64,000 bases of DNA from an uncultured Verrucomicrobiota bacterium (GTDB lineage Bacteria; Verrucomicrobiota; Verrucomicrobiia; Limisphaerales; UBA9464). The notes below the pieces were generated by a model. It saw only the letters and a list, made by a program, of their open reading frames with translations. It was not told the origin of the DNA and did no database searches. The stretch is taken from NCBI GenBank assembly GCA_903896505.1, contig CAITXU010000074.1, positions 1,301 to 65,300 of the forward strand, in the 5' to 3' direction. Both the position numbers and the translations under genes were made by a program. Positions 1 to 8,721 of the stretch are shown one piece after another; position 1 is the stretch's first letter, and each line of letters begins with the position of its first letter.

Positions 1-1055
1 ACCAGTGCCCGTCCACTCTCACTGACGATGTCCGGGTGGGGAACCTTCTCCTGATTGCAGACGTCTTCAAGGTAGTAGACGACGTCATTGGTGTATTCCT
101 GGAGGGAATAATTGGTCGAGCTCTCGAAGGCACTCCGGGAACCGTCATAATCAACGCCCAGGCCGCCTCCAACGTCCACGTATTCGACCGGGAAACCCAA
201 TTTGTGGAGTTTGGCGTAGAGACGTCCGGCCTCCTGAACCGCCTTTTTGACCGTCAGAATGTCGGGTACTTGCGAACCAATGTGAAAATGGAGCAGGCGG
301 AAGCAGTGTCCAAGACCCTCGCGCTGAAGGAGTTCGGTCCCTGCCAGTAGTTCGGTGGTGCTCAACCCAAACTTGGCGTTTTCACCGCCGCTCTCGGCCC
401 ATTTTCCCGCTCCTTTGCTTTGCAACCGGGCCCGCATGCCAATCAAGGGTTCCACGCCGACCTGCCGGGAGACGGTGATGATCTGGCGGATTTCCTCAAT
501 TTTCTCGACCACCATGATCACCTTTTTGCCGAGCCGGATGCCCTGAAGGGCGAGCTTGATGAACGACGGGTCTTTGTAGCCGTTGCAGATGGTGAGAGAC
601 CCGGGTTGGTCCTGGAGGGCCATACCGGCGTAAAGCTCGGGCTTGGAACCGACCTCGATTCCGAAATTGTACGGCTTTCCGGCATCGAGAAGTTCCTCCA
701 CCACCTCGCGGAGCTGGTTCACCTTGATGGGAAAAACCCCGCGGTAGCTGCCCTTGTAGCCGAATTCGGCGATGCTGGCACGAAAAGCCTCGTTTACCGC
801 TACGATTCGATGCCGGAGAATATCCTGAAACCGGATCAGCAGGGGTAGCTTGAGGCCCCGCGCCTTGGCCTCTTCGACCACGTCGCTGATATTGACTTCG
901 ACTCCATTTTGCAGCGGTCGTGCCACCACGTTCCCCTGGGGTTGGATATCGAAATAACCGGCACCCCACCGGTCGATGTTGTAGAGGGTGCGGGCGGCGG
1001 CAATGGTCCACTCGGCTTCGGGGACGGGCGGCGCGGACGGAGGGAATTCGCTCAT
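1..1055 (-). CDS. speA: biosynthetic arginine decarboxylase (PLP-dependent), N-terminal ~351 codons; 3' end lies beyond the window
   Basis: My translation of the minus strand from ATG at 1055-1053 stays open to base 1. It is absent from the ORF track because no stop falls inside the window. Sequence: MSEFPPSAPPVPEAEWTIAAARTLYNIDRWGAGYFDIQPQGNVV...PLLIRFQDILRHRI...YRGVFPIKVNQ...GIEVGSKPEL...FRLLHFHIGSQ...YVDVGGGLGVDYDGS, collinear with the SpeA-family N-terminus. Confidence 0.9.
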   Translation of the reverse strand, partial: MSEFPPSAPPVPEAEWTIAAARTLYNIDRWGAGYFDIQPQGNVVARPLQNGVEVNISDVVEEAKARGLKLPLLIRFQDILRHRIVAVNEAFRASIAEFGYKGSYRGVFPIKVNQLREVVEELLDAGKPYNFGIEVGSKPELYAGMALQDQPGSLTICNGYKDPSFIKLALQGIRLGKKVIMVVEKIEEIRQIITVSRQVGVEPLIGMRARLQSKGAGKWAESGGENAKFGLSTTELLAGTELLQREGLGHCFRLLHFHIGSQVPDILTVKKAVQEAGRLYAKLHKLGFPVEYVDVGGGLGVDYDGSRSAFESSTNYSLQEYTNDVVYYLEDVCNQEKVPHPDIVSESGRAL

Positions 1056-1532
1056 TTCAGATTGGTCAACCGCTGCGACTCTAGGAACGTGCCAGAGGTA
1101 TTCAAGGAGCAGGTTGTGAATTTATTGGGGAAGGTCAGCCTGCGTAGGTTGCTTCTGCAAAATCGGATGTGAATTGAGGCCATGAACCGGACGGCATTCC
1201 GGCGACCCTGTGACGTTGTTCAGGTTTCCTACCTGCCAAACGACCGCTTTTCTTGCCGTTCTTGCAACTCAAATGTAAACTGTTGAACCAGAAAAACATC
1301 GGTAGTGCGAAGCTCCTGCTGAGCCGCGGCGGTCCGAACAACCTTCGGTACCGACTCGGTTTGTAGACGCCGAGCGTCAGTCGACGCAAACTCTACTCGA
1401 CCGGAATCCGTTGTTGGATGGATCGGCGGGACTGCGGCCCGATCACGCGGCGACACCGACCAGCGAAACGCCGCCAAACTTTTCCCGGGATGCCCACTCC
1501 CGATCGATCAGCGCCGTCTGACGAACGGCGTG

Positions 1533-2423
1533 CTACGACCTGTCGGCAATGGAGGTTGCCGAACCGGAAGCGGTCCAAACGCCTACCCTGGGAACGCGGA
1601 CGTCTCGTCCGCACGGCGGTCCGAACTGCGCCTGCTTCGCAAGTGCAGACCGTGTCTGACCCCGAGCGCCACGGCGCTTGAGGCGACCAAAAGCCACCAT
1701 TCCAACAAGATATGCGGAAGCAATCGCCCAAGTTGAGGGCTCAGGGACGGCTGTTGGCTGAGATGTCAGGCGAACGTTGTCAAATTGCACTTGGGTCCCG
1801 CTCGACGGAAATCCAGTGTTTGCGAGGACGATGGATATCGGTTGGCCGATAAACGGAGAACTAGCATTGATCGTGGCGGAAATGCTTCCCGTCGTAAATA
1901 TCCCGGGAGTCAGCTGCGAAGGGTTGATCCCACCCACCACGATGGAATTTCCTGCCTAGAGACTAATGGAGTAATCCGTATGCTCAAGAAAAACGAACGA
2001 GCTGACATCGACTTTAAGTGTATAGGTAAGGCCAACCTGAAAGGTCGTCGCCAACGTTTGGCTCAGCGAGCCATGTGCACCCATAAATCCGTTTGCATAA
2101 GCAACATTTTGTCCCTCGGTCGACGATACAGTAAGAAGACCGGTTCCGGTATAATTTGCTGTGCCAGCCGTTCCGTAAGTTATCCAAGCGGGAATGGGGG
2201 AGGTTGTTAGGTAAGCATTCGGAGTGGAACCTTGAGACGGATCAATGGTGTAAAAGCCTCCAATCAGTTTCCCAGAAGAATCAAAGAAGGTGGGGTCGCT
2301 CCCGGTGACGGCCTCGAAACCAGGATTTACAATTGAAATGTTTCCGCCGAAGCAGTGTGTAATCGTGGCTGCGCAGGCGAAAGTCAGTCCGATGAGTGAA
2401 TGAAAACGTGGGAAAATATTCAT
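1533..2423 (-). pseudogene. PEP-CTERM-anchored secreted protein interrupted by a single in-frame TAG (1956-1958)
   Basis: ORFs 1956..2486 and 1533..1940 share a frame (2486-1940 = 546 nt). Read-through gives ...DYSISL*AGNSIVVGGINP... The upstream half has a signal peptide from ATG 2423 (MNIFPRFHSLIGLTFACAATITHC). The downstream half ends in a PEP-CTERM sorting signal (VPEPSTWAIASAYLVGMVAFGRLKRR). Confidence 0.6.
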
Positions 2424-2756
2424 TAGTGATTGGAATTTAAAGATGGTGAACTTTATTCGTCGCTCTACAAAATTTTTCACGATCAATCAGGATGTCAAAG
2501 GAAAAGGAAGCGGTACGAACCGATTTTAAAAACAGAGCATTGCCGAGGTCAGGAATCCAGGTCGTTGGACAGATGCAACCCCATTTGCCCTAGGAAACAT
2601 TAGAATCTGACTTCAGGAAATAAATGGAAGTTCGACGGATGTGCCTCCTTCTTGCCCGGCGTTTGGTGTCAAGGGGCATCAACTGGTCACCTTCCCGGAA
2701 GAACTTGGAGACGGGATGACGATCTCAACCAGGTTGGCGTATACAGGACGCAAAAC

Positions 2757-2840
2757 TGGTGGGCGAGACAGGACTTGAACCTGCAAGGCTTGCGCCACGG
2801 GATCCTAAGTCCCGCGTGTCTGCCATTTCACCACTCGCCC
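2757..2840 (-). tRNA. tRNA-Leu, anticodon UAG (reads CUN), class II long variable arm, CCA encoded
   Basis: The reverse complement reads GGGCGAGTGGTGAAATGGCAGACACGCGGGACTTAGGATCCCGTGGCGCAAGCCTTGCAGGTTCAAGTCCTGTCTCGCCCACCA. It has a 7-bp acceptor stem, anticodon stem CGGGA/TCCCG with loop CTTAGGA, a long variable arm, and a T-arm GGTTCAAGTCC. Confidence 0.9.
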
Positions 2841-3162
2841 AACCTTTCTCCCCTGATTGGGAGTTGCCTTTAGGTTGGTTCCCTTGCCGGATGGACTCAA
2901 GGGGAAACGTGCCTAGGACCTGCGGACCTGCGTTCGGCCTATTCGCTTCGCGTCCGCGGATGAACGGTGATTTGGGGACCGCCGCAGCTCGGGAGGAGAC
3001 CCCCGACCATTGGAAATGGTGGAACGGCACAATGAACCGAGCGGGCAAACCGGCGGCTACTCGACGTAGCGCAGGCTTTCCAGCTTTCCAAATAACACTG
3101 TTTCTGTACCTCCGGACAAACGCGCGAGGTGGTGCGCTGGCGATGGTGGTCGAAAGCGATAT

Positions 3163-3321
3163 GGGGACTTGCAGGAGCGCTCCGGACACAAGTCACTCCG
3201 AAGGAGGGACATCCAACGGAGGGACGCGCTCCTGCAAGTCCCCAATTTCTGCACGGATCATCACGACTCCCAATCTAAAGGCACCTTTGTAGCGCGGCTC
3301 CTCCCCAGCCGTAGGCGGTCC
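3163..3321. repeat. palindromic repeat family, copy A (81-bp hairpin core 3163-3243 plus ~78-bp conserved flank 3244-3321)
   Basis: Arms ggggacttgcaggagcgc (3163-3180) and gcgctcctgcaagtcccc (3226-3243) enclose inner hairpins built from gtccctcc/ggagggac. The flank ...aaaggcacctttgtagcgcggctcc... recurs, reverse-complemented, at 3507-3562 and 31748-31824. Confidence 0.85.
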
Positions 3322-3506
3322 AAATCATGCCCACCACGCATTTCGGCTCAAGTTATACCCTGCCTGATCCCGAGCACAACAGGTGGGGTGCTGCTGTACC
3401 GCCGGGTCGATTCAGGGCCTTGGGACGGGGGCCAGCCCTGCCGACAGGACTGTCGGCGGTAACAGCAGACAAGAATGTCGGCGCTACGGCTCTGTGGTTG
3501 GTTCAT

Positions 3507-3612
3507 GGGGCCTCGCCGAGGTGCCTTTAGAACGGCAGAGGTGATGATCCCTGCAATGATTTGGGACTTGCAGGAGCGCATCCCTCCGTTGGATGTCCCT
3601 CCTGCGGAGGGG
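3507..3612. repeat. palindromic repeat family, copy B (flank plus left arm and part of core; right arm degenerate), inverted relative to copy A
   Basis: ggggcctcgccgaggtgcctttagaacggcagaggtgatgatccctgcaatgattt + gggacttgcaggagcgc + atccctccgttggatgtccctcctgcggagggg aligns with the reverse complement of copy A. Confidence 0.8.
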
Positions 3613-3772
3613 TTTAGTTCCGTAGGGACGGTCATTGGGAGGCGAAAACGGGGGAAATGGACGCCTGGTAGACGCTCGATAGGAACCCAGCTGAGGTCGA
3701 CATCGCCTCTCTCCGGGAAAAATCGCACTGGCGCGCCGTCCGTCGCTCCCTAACCTCCCTCTCCAACGGATC

Positions 3773-5185
3773 ATGCCCAGTGTTTTCATCAAAACGTATG
3801 GTTGCCAGATGAATGAGCGCGACAGTGAAGCGGTCGCCGCCCAGCTTGTCGCCAAGGGTTATTCTCTCGCTCCCAATGAATTGGTGGCGGATGTGGTCCT
3901 GCTCAACACCTGTTCCGTTCGAGACCAGGCGGAACAAAAGGCTCTGGGCAAAATGGGGAATCTGGCCGGGCTTGCCCGAAAGCAGGGGCGGTCTCCGATT
4001 CTCGGATTCCTCGGCTGCATGGCGCAAAGCCGGGGGCGGGAACTGATCGACTCGCTTCCAGAGGTTGATCTGGTTTTGGGTACGCAGAAATTTCATCGCA
4101 CGGCGGACTATCTCGATGAGCTCCTGGCGGGACGTTCCCGAAAGATCGTCGACATTGAAGAAGAAGCGGGAAGCCAGGGAACCATCCGCGAACACCTTGC
4201 CGCAGCGGAAGGACGCAAGGCGGTCTCTGCTTTCGTCAGCATCATGCAGGGCTGCAATCAGCATTGCACGTTCTGCATCGTTCCGGATACGCGCGGACCG
4301 GAACGGAGCCGTTCCATTCCGGAGATTGTCGCTGAATGCGAGGAGCTGGTGGCCCAGGGGGTGCGAGAGATCACCCTATTGGGACAAATTGTCACCAGTT
4401 TTGGACGTCGGGAGTATCCGCCGCTGGAAGGACGCTCTGGCTTTGTGCAGTTATTGGAGGCGGTCCATGCCATTCCCGGATTGCAACGGCTTCGCTTCAC
4501 CTCGCCCCATCCCAAGGGCTACGGACGCGATTTGGTCGACGCGTATGGGCGGCTACCCAAATTGGTCGAGCACGCCCATGTTCCGGTTCAGAGCGGCTCC
4601 AACCGAATTCTGAAGCTCATGCATCGGGGCTATACCCGGGAGCGTTTCCTCGATTTGGTGGGGGAATTGCGTTCGGTTCATTCCGGGATGGGGGTGACGA
4701 CGGATATCATCGTTGGGTTCCCGGGAGAGACAGATTCGGACTTCGAGGAGACGGTTGAACTCTGCCGGTTGGTTGAATTTGACCAGGCGTACCTTTTTAA
4801 ATACTCGGTCCGAAAGGGAACTCCGGCCGCGACCATGGACCATCCGGTGCCTGAAGAGGTTATCGAAGACCGGCATCAGCGCCTCCTTGCCGTGATTAAC
4901 GAGCTGGCTCTCCGCAAGTACGCGGAATTGATCGGTAACACCCAGGAGGTTTTGGTGGAGGGCCCCAGTCGACGCAATCCTGCCCGATATGAAGGGCGGA
5001 CCCGGTCGAACAAGATTGTGGTGTTTGACGGTTCCGAGCGACACCGGGGAGAGGTCTTGAGCCTTCGAATTGAACGGGTCGGGTCCTTTACCCTCTATGG
5101 GGATGCTGCCATCGTCGGCTTGGACGATATCCCGGCTCCCGCAGCCACGACGGAAGCTTGGCCGTTACCGATGTCTATTTCATGA
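3773..5185 (+). CDS. miaB: tRNA-2-methylthio-N6-dimethylallyladenosine synthase (radical SAM methylthiotransferase)
   Basis: 470-aa ORF. N-terminal Cys triad (KTYGCQMN, LNTCSVR, GCMAQ), radical-SAM CNQHCTFC motif and a C-terminal TRAM-like region. Confidence 0.92.
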   Translation: MPSVFIKTYGCQMNERDSEAVAAQLVAKGYSLAPNELVADVVLLNTCSVRDQAEQKALGKMGNLAGLARKQGRSPILGFLGCMAQSRGRELIDSLPEVDLVLGTQKFHRTADYLDELLAGRSRKIVDIEEEAGSQGTIREHLAAAEGRKAVSAFVSIMQGCNQHCTFCIVPDTRGPERSRSIPEIVAECEELVAQGVREITLLGQIVTSFGRREYPPLEGRSGFVQLLEAVHAIPGLQRLRFTSPHPKGYGRDLVDAYGRLPKLVEHAHVPVQSGSNRILKLMHRGYTRERFLDLVGELRSVHSGMGVTTDIIVGFPGETDSDFEETVELCRLVEFDQAYLFKYSVRKGTPAATMDHPVPEEVIEDRHQRLLAVINELALRKYAELIGNTQEVLVEGPSRRNPARYEGRTRSNKIVVFDGSERHRGEVLSLRIERVGSFTLYGDAAIVGLDDIPAPAATTEAWPLPMSIS

Positions 5186-5724
5186 AATTAGCTCAACTCT
5201 GTCTCGTGCTGGGGACGGCAATGATTGCGTCGCATGCCTGGGTCCTGTTTCAGGTTCAGGCGGCTTCGGCCTGGCTTCGTCGTGTTCCACGGAACCATGG
5301 ACTGGGGGTTGTGTTGATTTTGATCTCCACGGCGTGGTTCGAGTGGTATCTGCTCAACGAAAACCTGAGCGATATCCGATGGGTCAAGCCGATCCTCCTC
5401 ATTGCATTTCCAGCGGTCGGAATTGGTAGTTGCTTTTTCCTTCGGGATTTTCTGGCCGCCCGGGGATTGGCTGTCTTCCTCTTGCTGCTGGCGGGATATG
5501 TTTTGGAGGTTGGCCGATGGCACGATTCGATGTGGCACGATGCCCTCGCGCTTTGGGCTTATGGATGGATCATCGTGGGTTTTTGGCTGACGATGGCTCC
5601 GTGGCGGCTTCGGGATTGGATTGGCTGGGCCACCCGGGTGGAGATGCGTCTCAAGCTGGCGGCTCTGGCCGGAATCGTATGGGGCGCATTTGTGATCGCC
5701 CTTGGATTGACAGTGTTGAAATAG
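5182..5724 (+). CDS. hypothetical integral membrane protein (about 5 hydrophobic segments)
   Basis: ORF 5158..5724. ATG at 5182 overlaps the miaB stop as ATGA. Hydrophobic helices throughout (LCLVLGTAMIASHAWVLF, GVVLILISTAWFEWYLL, and others). No family recognised. Confidence 0.6.
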   Translation: MKLAQLCLVLGTAMIASHAWVLFQVQAASAWLRRVPRNHGLGVVLILISTAWFEWYLLNENLSDIRWVKPILLIAFPAVGIGSCFFLRDFLAARGLAVFLLLLAGYVLEVGRWHDSMWHDALALWAYGWIIVGFWLTMAPWRLRDWIGWATRVEMRLKLAALAGIVWGAFVIALGLTVLK

Positions 5725-6101
5725 GCATTGGAGCGTCAAGAGGATCGAGGTTTTGGTTACCCACGCTGGCTGGGAGGTCCGGGTCAGTTATTCAACAAAC
5801 TGTCGTTTTTCGACCACTATCCGGGTGCCACTCTTGACGACAATTCCTACGGTCATGAATGAAAATCAGGCATTGGAAAATCGATTCCAATGAATTTTTT
5901 TGATGAACTCAACGGTAGTTCTTGCCTGACAGCACCAGTCTAACCTATTGATGGAGAACAGCCTTGGCGATACAGTTGAGTTTTGTTGGGCGATATTGAA
6001 TGGGCCTTATTTCAAACGAGGATACGGTTCTTGATCGACTTGGCACGCTGGCTGGTTACCGGTGTTAGCGGCTGTCCGCCTAACCCAAACTCTCCCACTA
6101 C

Positions 6102-8567
6102 ATGTCGAGAATTCTATCTCCCGTTCCCGTTTTCTGCAGTCGCATGAGCGGCGTGGCCTGTTCATCGGTCCTGGCAGCTTTGGCAGTTTCGGCACAGACG
6201 CCCACGGACGCCCCGTTGTCTGGAACAAACACCCCGCCTTCCACCATGGAAAAGACGGTGGTGGAGGGCCTGGCCCTCAACGAAACTATTCTGCCCACGG
6301 CCCGTCCCATCAATTCGGTCTTGGGCGACGACCGGAGCATCATCGATACGCCGCGTTCGGTCAGTTTGATCACGAAAGCCCAAGTGGAAGAACGGGGTAT
6401 TGCCCGGATGACCGATTTGGGACAATTGGTGCCGGGAGCCTATACGCCTGAGCGCTATGGCTTGCCCGGGGTTCCTCTGATTCGCGGTGACCTGGCGGAG
6501 ATTTACCAGAACGGCCAGCGGATGTTGTTCAGTCGCGATTCCATCCTTCCCAGCTTCAATCAGGTCGAGGCCATTGACGTGGTCAAAGGTCCGGGATCAG
6601 CGGTGTTCGGTCCTCAAGGTCAAGGCCCCGGCGGCTATGTGAACTTTGTCACGAAGCAGCCTTACTTCGACAAATTCCACGGTGAAGTATCGACCCGTCT
6701 TGGGACCTATGTTCCGGGTAGCGCTTCGTATTTCAATCCCGAGGCCACTTTGGATTTTGGCGGACCCATCACCAAGGACCTCGCCTATCGAGTCAGCTAC
6801 CTGGAACGGCAGGGCGATAGTTATTACCAGAACGTCAAGGACCGGACCCACGACATTTTTGCGGCGCTGAGCTGGCATCCCAATGAAAAATGGGAATTGG
6901 ACCTGACGGCTCAGTATATCGATGCCCGGTTCAATGAAGTGACCGGCATCAACCGGGTGACCCAGGAATTGATTGACCACCACATTTACAATGCGGGGCC
7001 GGCCAATTTGAATTTCGGGTATAACTGGATACTGGATACCAACAAGACCACGAAGGTGAAGATGTATGGTAATCAGGCACTGACGGCACCTGGAGACAAT
7101 GCCCTGGGAGAGAAATTCAACAGTCAGTTGATCACCACGTATCACATCAACGATCAGGCCAAGGTGGTCAACCTGAGCTATTTTGAATACCTGAACAGCA
7201 GCAAGCTCGAGTATTACGGATATACGGAGTACGTGCCGGAAAACTGGGCGATGAATAATCGGACGGAGCTGCACTACGACTTCGACATCAATGCCGGGAA
7301 AAAGGATTTCCCGATCAAGACCATCTCCGGCATCGACTTCCGGTATACCCGTCTCAAGTCCTACCAGGATTTCTCGACCGAGCCCTTCTATCTGTACGAT
7401 CTGTCGATCACCGATACGACCAAACAGAACCAATTGTGGCGCATTCCGGGAATCAAGGCAGGAAATTCGGTGGGCGGCGGTTGGAACGTTCCCGGAAAAC
7501 CTGGATACGGAGCCCTGCCATTCCCGGGAGCCGGCGACCAGGACACCTACCTTTACGATACGGCACTGTTCACCCAGTGGGATGTCAATGTCATCGACAA
7601 GTTCAATATTGTGGCCGGCGGTCGAGCGGACCTGCTGGATGCCAACACAGCCAATGCCGAGGCCATTGACTACGCTGGGAAGGTGGTTCCCAGGGGCGGG
7701 CAGTATGCCGCCAAGAAGAGCTTGATTGACACCTCTGTCTTCATTTCCGGACTTTATAAGTGGACACCGACTCAGACCTCCTACGTCACCTACAATTTGG
7801 TTAACTCCGTTACTGGAAGCGCCAACTTCGGTGGAGTGGATGGATCGGGAGGAAATGCCGGATTGAGGACCTCACTGACCGCCGAAAGTGAGCTGATCGA
7901 AGCGGGCCATAAGGCGAGTTTCTTTGGAAACCAGGTCTACGTGGCGGCGTCCATTTTCCAGCAAACCAAGGCGAGTCCCGCCTTGGTGGGCCCTCCCAAC
8001 AAGATTGACCTCAAGGGCATCGAGTTCGAAACGGTGTACCAGCCTAATCGCAACTTCCACATCAATGCGAACGCCACCCTTCAGGACGCCTACAAGATTC
8101 TGAATGGAAATAGTTTCTACCAGCAGACGACCACCTATCTGGATGGTTATCCGGTTGGGTTCATTCAAGATGGGCGCAGTGGCACGGGGCAGGGATCTCC
8201 CAATTACAACGGTGCCAATCCCCCCACCTACACCAAGGTCCACCAAGCTGCCACTCCCCACGTGCTGATCAATGCGTACGCCAGCTATCAGTTCGACAAT
8301 GGGTTCGGGATCAGCGCAGGACCACAAATTCAGGGCTCCCAGAATGCCAACTACTCCCGCGACGGGTTTAACCTGAAGATTCCCGCGCAATACGTGATCA
8401 ATGCGTCGATCTTCTACAAGAAGCAAAAATGGGAGGCTCGCATTAATTTCGATAACATCACGGACCAAAAGAACTGGACCGCCATTGATCCGGATTTCGC
8501 CGGAAATGACGTTATCTTTCCCCAGTTGCCGTTCCATATCACCGGCCTGATCAAGTATCGCTTCTAA
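6102..8567 (+). CDS. TonB-dependent outer-membrane receptor
   Basis: 821 aa. Signal peptide (alternative start at 6144, MSGVACSSVLAALAVSAQ), plug-domain motifs (IDTPRSVSLITKAQVEERG, IRGDL, VEAIDVVKGPGSAVFG), a long beta-barrel region and the C-terminal aromatic residue (...LIKYRF). Confidence 0.88.
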   Translation: MSRILSPVPVFCSRMSGVACSSVLAALAVSAQTPTDAPLSGTNTPPSTMEKTVVEGLALNETILPTARPINSVLGDDRSIIDTPRSVSLITKAQVEERGIARMTDLGQLVPGAYTPERYGLPGVPLIRGDLAEIYQNGQRMLFSRDSILPSFNQVEAIDVVKGPGSAVFGPQGQGPGGYVNFVTKQPYFDKFHGEVSTRLGTYVPGSASYFNPEATLDFGGPITKDLAYRVSYLERQGDSYYQNVKDRTHDIFAALSWHPNEKWELDLTAQYIDARFNEVTGINRVTQELIDHHIYNAGPANLNFGYNWILDTNKTTKVKMYGNQALTAPGDNALGEKFNSQLITTYHINDQAKVVNLSYFEYLNSSKLEYYGYTEYVPENWAMNNRTELHYDFDINAGKKDFPIKTISGIDFRYTRLKSYQDFSTEPFYLYDLSITDTTKQNQLWRIPGIKAGNSVGGGWNVPGKPGYGALPFPGAGDQDTYLYDTALFTQWDVNVIDKFNIVAGGRADLLDANTANAEAIDYAGKVVPRGGQYAAKKSLIDTSVFISGLYKWTPTQTSYVTYNLVNSVTGSANFGGVDGSGGNAGLRTSLTAESELIEAGHKASFFGNQVYVAASIFQQTKASPALVGPPNKIDLKGIEFETVYQPNRNFHINANATLQDAYKILNGNSFYQQTTTYLDGYPVGFIQDGRSGTGQGSPNYNGANPPTYTKVHQAATPHVLINAYASYQFDNGFGISAGPQIQGSQNANYSRDGFNLKIPAQYVINASIFYKKQKWEARINFDNITDQKNWTAIDPDFAGNDVIFPQLPFHITGLIKYRF

Positions 8568-8601
8568 ATTTTGTTGCTGTTTCTCTAGTGTGTGTGTTCA
8601 C

Positions 8602-8638
8602 GCCCCTCGCTGCCATGGCTGCGAGGGGCCTTTTTTCT
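8602..8638 (+). terminator. rho-independent terminator after the TonB-dependent receptor
   Basis: Stem gcccctcgc (8602-8610) pairs with gcgaggggc (8621-8629) and is followed by cttttttct. It lies 35 nt after the TAA stop. Confidence 0.75.
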
Positions 8639-8721
8639 CGGTGGATTATAAGTCGAACAAACGACAAATACTGGTTTGGTCTCTTGCCACAACGCCTGGA
8701 CATCTAACGAATTCGTTCTGC

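Noticed and set aside
1056-1532. The 477-bp gap between speA and the PEP-CTERM gene as a possible ncRNA or small-protein locus.
   Set aside because: The track ORFs here (1135..1389, 1229..1477, 1393..1731) are Arg-rich and overlap on several frames. I found no tRNA-, tmRNA-, RNase P- or SRP-like signatures. The region is left unannotated.
2757-2840. The idea that the adjacent tRNA could suppress the in-frame TAG of the PEP-CTERM gene.
   Set aside because: Its anticodon is 5'-UAG-3', which decodes CUN leucine codons, not the UAG stop. An amber suppressor would need a CUA anticodon.
2841-3160. Integrated element or prophage remnant next to tRNA-Leu.
   Set aside because: There is no integrase, excisionase or phage-like ORF, and I could find no direct repeat of the tRNA 3' end in the flanking 1 kb.
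3169-3462. Small ORFs translating the repeats (for example 3169..3462, 3484..3855, 31823..32074, 62741..62968, 63410..63622), some sharing peptides such as GTSNGGTRSCKSP or FASSRLRVK.
   Set aside because: The shared peptides are a by-product of translating dispersed DNA repeats in either orientation. There is no start or RBS context and no protein-like composition.
3163-3612. CRISPR array interpretation of the repeated gggacttgcaggagcgc units.
   Set aside because: The copies are inverted rather than direct, are internally palindromic, are not regularly spaced, and are dispersed across 3 kb, 19 kb and 31 kb. No cas genes are present.
5725-6101. A possible riboswitch (TPP or cobalamin) in the 377-nt leader of the TonB-dependent receptor.
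   Set aside because: I looked for THI-box elements (CUGAGA, ACCUGAUCUGGAUAAUGCCAGCG) and a B12-box (GCCACUG-type) on the coding strand. I found only a weak cgggtgcc match. A covariance-model scan would be needed to exclude other classes.
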